Positions 7,179 to 12,952 of a DNA stretch of 12,952 bases are shown in pieces (the stretch's first letter is position 1; each line of letters starts with the position of its first letter). This stretch comes from Bdellovibrionota bacterium (GTDB taxonomy: Bacteria; Bdellovibrionota_C; UBA2361; OMIW01), in the NCBI GenBank assembly GCA_044345055.1, contig JBIJBT010000077.1:1-12952 (forward strand), in the 5' to 3' direction. The position numbers and the translations under genes are program-made. The notes below the pieces were generated by a model, which searched no databases, had not been told where the DNA came from, and was given only the letters and a program-made list of their open reading frames with translations.

Positions 7179-8504
7179 ATGTCGTCGGAGCTTTCTCAAT
7201 TACTAAATGAAGATGATCCGCTTGCGCCGACTGCGGAGCACTCGCGGCAGGGGTGGGTATGGCTTGCGAGCGTTCTTACTGGCATTACGATCTGCGTGCC
7301 TGTGTTTTTTATGGGCGCACAGCTGGCGGGGAAGCAGCAATTTTTTGCTTTTGCCCTGGCGTGTATTCTTGGCGGAGGACTCGCAGGGAGTGTGGCTGTT
7401 GCCACGGGACTAATAGGGCAACGAACCGGTTTACCAACGGCAGTTTTAGCACGGTGTGCGTTCGGAACGGGTGGATACGTAGTTGCAAACGTGGCTATGG
7501 TCCTTGGCGCTATCGGTTGGTTTGGAATCCAAACGGCTGTTTTTAGTGAGGCGTTTCTAAAGCTGGCGCTGCAAGTTTGGGGTCTGACCCTTCCGAGGCT
7601 TCCAGTGATTATTGCAGCCGGTTTGTTGATGTCGTCCACGGCAGTAGTTGGATTTAGGGGCTTAGGTAAACTGAGCTATATCGCAATTCCTCTTCTTCTT
7701 GTCCTACTCCTTTTGCCCCTTTGGTTTTATCTTTCAGATGGTGGGATTGGAGCGATAATGAGTCGGCAGCTCGAGGTGACTCCGATTCCTTTTGGAACAA
7801 TTATGGCGATGGTTGCGGGAGCATATTCTGGCGCAACCACCATGCCAGACCTAACCCGCTTCATGCGAAGTGGGCCTCATACGCTCACTGGAGTTTTAAT
7901 TAATTTCGGCGTTGTTTATCCAGGACTTTTGATTCTTACCGGTGCCCTGGCCATAGCCGCTAAAGAGGGCGATTTTTTGCAGATAATGCTGAATCTCAAT
8001 TTTGGAACCCCTGCGATTATCGTTCTCTTGCTTTCAACTTGGACTACAAACGATACAAATGTCTACTCGGCCGCCATTTCAGCCAATCTATTTCTTCCAG
8101 CCTGGAAAAGGTGGCAGCTTACGGTGGGTGCAGGCTTGCTCGGGACACTTTCTGCTATTTTTGGGATATTCGAGTATTTCACTGACTGGCTTATATTTTC
8201 AGGGAATTTGTTTGCGCCGATGGCAGGAGTTTATGTTTTTGATTATTTTCTAGATAAAGATAGGTATCACAAGCATGCCCTAAACGCCCAAGATTTAGCC
8301 ACTGATCCAAGATGCTTTATACCGCGATTTCGCGGAAGGCAGCTTCTGGCGTGGATGCTCGGATTGGGTGTGGGTATTAGCACAGCTCCCAAAGGAAACA
8401 TGGGCTTTGAGCTTTTCTCAATTACAACGGTCCCGATGCTAGATGCGCTTTTGTCTGCGGGATGTGCGCTCGTGGTAATGAATTTTAGGAGATCGAGATC
8501 TTGA
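7179..8504 (+). CDS. NCS1-family (cytosine/purine/thiamine permease, CodB-like) transporter
   Basis: 441 aa with about 12 TM segments; GQRTGLPT…AFG, IGWFGIQ, PDLTRF and WTTNDTNVYS motifs. RBS GAGGAG precedes the ATG. Confidence 0.92.
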   Translation: MSSELSQLLNEDDPLAPTAEHSRQGWVWLASVLTGITICVPVFFMGAQLAGKQQFFAFALACILGGGLAGSVAVATGLIGQRTGLPTAVLARCAFGTGGYVVANVAMVLGAIGWFGIQTAVFSEAFLKLALQVWGLTLPRLPVIIAAGLLMSSTAVVGFRGLGKLSYIAIPLLLVLLLLPLWFYLSDGGIGAIMSRQLEVTPIPFGTIMAMVAGAYSGATTMPDLTRFMRSGPHTLTGVLINFGVVYPGLLILTGALAIAAKEGDFLQIMLNLNFGTPAIIVLLLSTWTTNDTNVYSAAISANLFLPAWKRWQLTVGAGLLGTLSAIFGIFEYFTDWLIFSGNLFAPMAGVYVFDYFLDKDRYHKHALNAQDLATDPRCFIPRFRGRQLLAWMLGLGVGISTAPKGNMGFELFSITTVPMLDALLSAGCALVVMNFRRSRS

Positions 8505-8573
8505 GGGACAGGGTTGTAATGTCAATCGAAGAGCAGGGGAGCAGAAAGAGTAGTACACTCGCGTTACCCTCGA

Positions 8574-8603
8574 TCCTCTCTGTCTCAGAGGTGTAGAGGT
8601 AGG
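8574..8603. repeat. Palindromic repeat family copy R5; exact 30-bp direct repeat with R4
   Basis: TCCTCTCTGTCTCAGAGGTGTAGAGGTAGG, between the convergent permease and ABC genes. Confidence 0.93.
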
Positions 8604-8748
8604 ATTACGGGCTTCCCATTTCGAATATTCTCTCAATATCGTCCTCTAGACGGGGACGCAGGTAGACTGCGCAAGCCTCCGAATACTTCATCCAGAGCTC
8701 GTACTCCGCTACGTCTTAGTGAAGATGCTACTTACCGAATTATAGCTC

Positions 8749-10476
8749 TCACGCCTCTCTACTAGCTTCCTCAGCCTCAACCAATCCCCGATACTTATCA
8801 CTCTGACGCATAAGCTCGTCGTGCGTTCCCTGTGCTACAAGACGGCCATCTTCGAGAACTAGAATTCGATTGCATCGCTCGAGAGTGGCGAGGCGGTGGG
8901 CGATGATTAGATAGGTGGTTTGGGGTGATGAGGTAAAAATTGTGTCCATAAGCCACTGCTCAAGGACTGGGTCTATTGAGGAGGTTGGTTCGTCTAGTAC
9001 GATTATTGATGGGTCTCTAACGAGCACGCGAAGTGCCGCGATACACTGCTGCTCACCGACTGAAAGGGTTGCAAGAGCATCCTGTTCGGTGTCGAGAAGG
9101 GATTTTAATGATGTCGGGATATTGGTGAGAACCTCGGCAAATCGATCTCGGTCGGTGTCCCAAAGCGAGATATTCTCGCGTGGTGATGCGGAAAACATCT
9201 CGGGATGTTGAGGAAGAAAAGCTACCGTTTTGCGCAGTTTTTCTTGATGAAGAGATGAAATCGGAGTGCCAGCTAGTGCAACGGTACCTTCATGCGATTT
9301 AACGAGCCCAAGAAGGAGTCGGGATATAGTCGACTTCCCCGATCCGGTCGCCCCAACGATTCCGATTCGCTCGCCTCGCTGTATCGAGAAAGATAGATTG
9401 CGCACTCCTCGTTGAGTCTCAGGATAGAGGAAGGTGACGTTTGCAAAAGATATCGCAGCGGAATTCGTTTCGCTCTGCTCTTGTCGAGAAATCGCCAGAG
9501 GGGCTGGAGCATCAATCGGGAGAGAGAGAACTTCAAATATTCGGTCTACTGATGCGAGTCCCTGTAGCAGCACTGACCACTGATCGATAATTAGAATAAG
9601 GGGCCAGATTATTGAGCCGATATATGCGACGAGGGTTACGAGTTCGCCACGGGTGAGGTGACCAGACTCGATGTGCTGCTGCCCCAGTATCAAAATGGTG
9701 CCGATGCTGATAGCCGTTAAGATCGACATTGCGGCGTGGAGTCGCCCAAAAACAAGGGGTGGAATCTGCTGAACTGCTGCGAGTTGTGCGCTTTCGTGAG
9801 AGAAATGCTCTACCCGTTTAGCAGAGAGACCCATCAGTTTTGTCTCTGCAGCAAGCTCTATCGAATCTGCGATTGATGTTGTTACTCCACTAAAAGCGAT
9901 TTGACGCGCATAGAATGCAGTATAAAGCTTTCTTGAAGCGTACCACGCACCGAGAAAAAGAAGAGGAAGGAAGCCTATACCGGCAAGACCGATCGGAAGT
10001 GAAATTGAAATTATGCCGATGAGAATAGCCGTAACACCGCAGAGTCGTTCGATGATGCGCAGAAAACACGCCTCAAAAAGAGCGCTTGCTGAACGAAGAT
10101 CTACAGTGAGTCGTGAGAGAAGATCGCTCGGACCCAGCCTGCGCACCTCACTCCACGGAAGACTTAAGATATGGTGAAAGGTTTGAAGGCGAAGTCGATG
10201 AACGGCACTTTGACCTATCTTTGAGAATTCTACTGCCTGAAGTCTTGTTGAGAAGATTCGAACAGCTTCAAGGAGAAAATATCCGAGCCCTATTAGAACC
10301 ATTGAGTAGACTGGGCTACTCTGAGCCGAATCAACTGCAACACCGAGTAATCGCGGAGCTGCTGCTGCGGCGATTCCCTGCGCGACGAGGAGCAACGATG
10401 CAAGAATTGCATTCTTCTTGTCCTCGAGTAAAAGTGTGATGAGACGGTTAAACCGAGAGGAGGGCGGGTTATTCAT
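8749..10476 (-). CDS. ABC exporter half-transporter (TMD+NBD), subunit 2 of a heterodimer (MdlB/YheH-like)
   Basis: N-terminal TM domain, Walker A GATGSGKST, degenerate signature LSVGE, Walker B IIVLDE, H-loop IAHR. Overlaps the upstream gene by 8 bp (ATGAATAA). Confidence 0.93.
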   Translation of the reverse strand: MNNPPSSRFNRLITLLLEDKKNAILASLLLVAQGIAAAAAPRLLGVAVDSAQSSPVYSMVLIGLGYFLLEAVRIFSTRLQAVEFSKIGQSAVHRLRLQTFHHILSLPWSEVRRLGPSDLLSRLTVDLRSASALFEACFLRIIERLCGVTAILIGIISISLPIGLAGIGFLPLLFLGAWYASRKLYTAFYARQIAFSGVTTSIADSIELAAETKLMGLSAKRVEHFSHESAQLAAVQQIPPLVFGRLHAAMSILTAISIGTILILGQQHIESGHLTRGELVTLVAYIGSIIWPLILIIDQWSVLLQGLASVDRIFEVLSLPIDAPAPLAISRQEQSETNSAAISFANVTFLYPETQRGVRNLSFSIQRGERIGIVGATGSGKSTISRLLLGLVKSHEGTVALAGTPISSLHQEKLRKTVAFLPQHPEMFSASPRENISLWDTDRDRFAEVLTNIPTSLKSLLDTEQDALATLSVGEQQCIAALRVLVRDPSIIVLDEPTSSIDPVLEQWLMDTIFTSSPQTTYLIIAHRLATLERCNRILVLEDGRLVAQGTHDELMRQSDKYRGLVEAEEASREA

Positions 10477-12226
10477 GACCTACCTCGTTAGGAGAAGAAG
10501 AGTTCATAAGCTGTTGATGAAAAAAACGGGCGAACCATCCGGTACGCTCATTTTTCAGATCCTCCATACTACCATCTTCAACGATCTTTCCCTCCACTAG
10601 CACCAGAATCCGATTAACAAGCGCCAGTGGTGCTAGGCGATTTGTTGCGATTATGAGTGTGCGATCGCCGATCCAATGACTTAACTGCGAAATAGTTTGT
10701 GCTTCGCGGGCGGGATCGAGAGCGGAGAAGGGATTGTCGAGGAGGACAATGGGGGGCGTCGATAGGAGAGTACGCGCAAGAGTGAGACGTTGCCGCTGTC
10801 CACCAGAAAGTCCGCTTCGGGAATCAACTATTCTATCGAGAAAATTTTTATCCTTCGCGTCACCTCTTTCCTCGGCGGTAAAGAGCTCATCAAGAAGCTT
10901 ATTCATAGCGCTAGGATCGGGATTGCCTCGATTCCAGAAGAGGATATTGCGCTCGATGCTATCAGAAAAAAAGCGAGGTATTTGAGGGCACAGCGCGACG
11001 GATTCTTCTGCGGTAAAAGACGACGTGGCGTGCGAAAAAGTTATCTTGCCTGTGTATTGTCGAATACCTGCGATAGCCTCGAGAAGAGCTGTTTTTCCCG
11101 ATCCGGTAGGACCGACAATTGCAATTCGTTCGCCGGGATTAATTGTAAGGTTTAAGGTGTCGAGGATAGACTCTCTCCGCTCTGGAACAGTTACGGAGAC
11201 TGCAGAAAGTGTGAGCACAGGTATAACGCTCAACGAGCTGCTCTGCTCATTTTTGAGTTCAGGCGAGCTCCTCTCAAGCACAACTTCCATGCGACCGCTT
11301 GCTACCCGCGCCTTTTGGGTAATCGAGATATAAAGACCGAGCGCGATGAGGGGCCAAAAAAGCATCTGCAGATACTGATACAGAGCGAAAAACCCGCCGA
11401 TTGAGAGAGCGCCTTGATGAATCAAAAGTGATCCAAGAATGACTAAAATAGTCATTGCGAGGGCCCCGCACAGCTGGATCGCGCTGCTTAAGTTAGTATC
11501 AGCATAAGTTGATTCGATGACCCGTTGCCGCTGTTGAGTGGAGAGTCTCTCCAAGAGTTTGGTCAGTTTATCTCGCAGCGAAAAGAGAATTATCGTTTCG
11601 TGATTGCGCAGTTTTTCATCAATGAATGAGGAAAGCGCGGAAAGGGCTTGTTGTACTCGCTCTGTAGCAATCGTTATCGTTCGCTCTCCTCGCTTTGCAA
11701 TAATCGGAACAGCGATTAGAGGAATCAGCGCGAAGATCGCCGCAAGAGGGCTGATCCAAATCATCATCGGCGGAACAAGCAAGAGATACAGCGTCGCATC
11801 AAGGCCGATGACGGCTCCATCATTCAAAACGCACGCTGCCTGCTCAGCATCGCTCGTGATAAGTGTTACCGCTTCTCCAGCTTTTTTTTCAATTGCAGCA
11901 TCATCGATAGAACTAATCATCGATCGAGCTAGTCCCGTTCTCAGGCCGTGAGCAAATGCACACTGCGCGAGGGGAAAGAGAGTTCGGTAGGTAAGCCGAA
12001 GAGCTGCCTGGAGAATAAGAAGAGAAGAGTATCCGAGCGCAAACCAGATAAATCTATCGTAATCCCCGATAGCGTCAAACGCCTCTTTCATGACGATGGG
12101 AAGGGTGATGTCAACAAGATCAACAATCACAAGTGCAACAGCACCAATAGTCACCCGTTTGAGATGGGGCCGACAGAGGCGAGATACAATAGGTGTGAAG
12201 GGAGTTATGAAAGAGCGGAGATGCAT
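10469..12226 (-). CDS. ABC exporter half-transporter (TMD+NBD), subunit 1 of a heterodimer (MdlA/YheI-like)
   Basis: N-terminal TM domain, Walker A GPTGSGKT, signature LSGGQ, non-canonical Walker B IVLLDN, D-loop SALD, H-loop replaced (ATNR). Confidence 0.93.
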   Translation of the reverse strand: MHLRSFITPFTPIVSRLCRPHLKRVTIGAVALVIVDLVDITLPIVMKEAFDAIGDYDRFIWFALGYSSLLILQAALRLTYRTLFPLAQCAFAHGLRTGLARSMISSIDDAAIEKKAGEAVTLITSDAEQAACVLNDGAVIGLDATLYLLLVPPMMIWISPLAAIFALIPLIAVPIIAKRGERTITIATERVQQALSALSSFIDEKLRNHETIILFSLRDKLTKLLERLSTQQRQRVIESTYADTNLSSAIQLCGALAMTILVILGSLLIHQGALSIGGFFALYQYLQMLFWPLIALGLYISITQKARVASGRMEVVLERSSPELKNEQSSSLSVIPVLTLSAVSVTVPERRESILDTLNLTINPGERIAIVGPTGSGKTALLEAIAGIRQYTGKITFSHATSSFTAEESVALCPQIPRFFSDSIERNILFWNRGNPDPSAMNKLLDELFTAEERGDAKDKNFLDRIVDSRSGLSGGQRQRLTLARTLLSTPPIVLLDNPFSALDPAREAQTISQLSHWIGDRTLIIATNRLAPLALVNRILVLVEGKIVEDGSMEDLKNERTGWFARFFHQQLMNSSSPNEVGHE

Positions 12227-12326
12227 CAGATGAATTGCGAAAATGGTGAGTATGATGCGTTGAGGGTAGCACAGGTGAGGGGGCTAGGAAGAGAGGAGGA
12301 GGTGTTGTAAAATATTATGCTCAGCA

Positions 12327-12485
12327 TCACCGAATTTGTTTCTGCTTGCTGTGGAGCTGATAATAATTGGCGCGATCCTTTAGGACTGTATTGGGGATGA
12401 ATTGGTCGGGAATAAGGTGTCGCTGATTTAGGAATCTAAGGATAGCTTCTGCAGCGATACGGTCAGTTATTTCATTTGGATGAGT
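12327..12485 (-). pseudogene. Possible C-terminal remnant of an SGNH/GDSL hydrolase
   Basis: An open frame with no start reads …THPNEITDRIAAEAILRFLNQRHLIP…QIR* (TGA at 12327-12329). It resembles the block V DxHPN motif and terminal helix. It is not in the supplied ORF track. Confidence 0.4.
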
Positions 12486-12526
12486 GTGCACGGTGTAGGG
12501 TACATCGGCACCCTACACCGTGCACA
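12485..12526. repeat. Perfect 17-bp inverted repeat with 8-nt loop
   Basis: TGTGCACGGTGTAGGGT-ACATCGGC-ACCCTACACCGTGCACA. Confidence 0.92.
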
Positions 12527-12710
12527 AACTTAATAGATCGTAACGTTGGCCGTCTTTTCCTTCGCTAAGCGAAAAAGGGCAACATGCCCCCAAAAAAGTC
12601 GAGAGCACTTCTCCCTTCTCATTAACTGCTGCCGCTGCGAAGCTAATCATTTGGTACAATCCTGGCAACGGACTATCGGCCTCGATATCTGTTACAATAT
12701 AGGTGCGCAC
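12513..12710 (-). pseudogene. N-terminal fragment of a DEDD 3'-5' exonuclease (Rv2179c-like exoribonuclease)
   Basis: YIVTDIEADSPLPGLYQMISFAAAAV matches the ExoI DxE motif. A strong RBS (GAGGAGG) precedes the GTG. Similarity is lost after about 40 aa (…VLSTF) and the ORF stops inside the palindrome. Confidence 0.7.
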
Positions 12711-12722
12711 TACCTCCTCTTC

Positions 12723-12755
12723 AGTACCTCTACGTCTCTGAGATATGGAGGCACT
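12723..12755. repeat. Palindromic repeat family copy R6 (opposite orientation)
   Basis: AGTACCTCTACGTCTC-T-GAGATATGGAGGCACT. The reverse complement reads CCTCCATATCTC-A-GAGACGTAGAGG. Confidence 0.8.
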
Positions 12756-12846
12756 AGGGCCGAATGTCCGAAAAGCTCGAGATACTTATATCTGGTTTTA
12801 GCTTCCAGTTTTCCCAAATAAACTCATAATCGTAAGTTAATTGATG

Positions 12847-12952
12847 ACTTGAGAGTCGGGAGTTCTCCCCCTAATCATCGTCCTCTTTTTCGGTTAGTTT
12901 AGCCTGTTCGATTGCGAGGTCAATCCACTCATCTACGAGTTGCTTGAACCTC
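12847..12952 (-). mobile_element. Terminal segment of the same probable IS (right copy, inverted); includes the mirrored partial ORF at 12871-12952
   Basis: Exact reverse complement of 3-108. Confidence 0.65.

Noticed and set aside
2353..12755. Integron attC sites or XerC/D dif (pdif) sites
   Set aside because: The repeats lack RYYYAAC…GTTRRRY ends and do not resemble the 11-6-11 dif consensus. No integrase is present.
2616..12804. Shared 11-mer GGTTTTAGCTT at 2616 and 12794
   Set aside because: Short, and at inconsistent distances from the neighbouring repeats; compatible with chance.
12546..12821. 91-aa plus-strand ORF and other short ORFs overlapping the main genes
   Set aside because: They are antisense or alternate-frame shadows of better-supported genes, with no recognisable motifs.
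1..12952. Linear plasmid or phage with terminal inverted repeats
   Set aside because: No replication, terminal-protein or virion genes, and the repeat contains only a gene tail that must continue beyond the window.

Overview
Bacterial accessory-type segment of mixed composition. Both ends carry the same 106-bp sequence in inverted orientation (3-108 and 12847-12952); it holds the 3' end of a small ORF and looks like one end of a multicopy mobile element. Between them lie an MFS transporter, a hypothetical protein, two distinct AAA_14/DUF4143-type ATPases flanking an apparently orphan MbcA/ParS/Xre-like antitoxin, a frameshifted and truncated IS4-family transposase, an NCS1 (cytosine-permease-like) transporter, an asymmetric heterodimeric ABC exporter, and gene fragments joined at a 17-bp-stem palindrome. 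The most notable unexplained structure is a family of about 23-37-bp odd-centred palindromes (core CTCT(A/C)TNNCTC-A-GAGGTRTAGAG). There are six good copies, all outside intact genes and at module borders. Two are an identical 30-bp direct repeat, and one of those sits where the IS4 transposase is cut off. All family assignments come from motif recognition by eye; no database searches were run.
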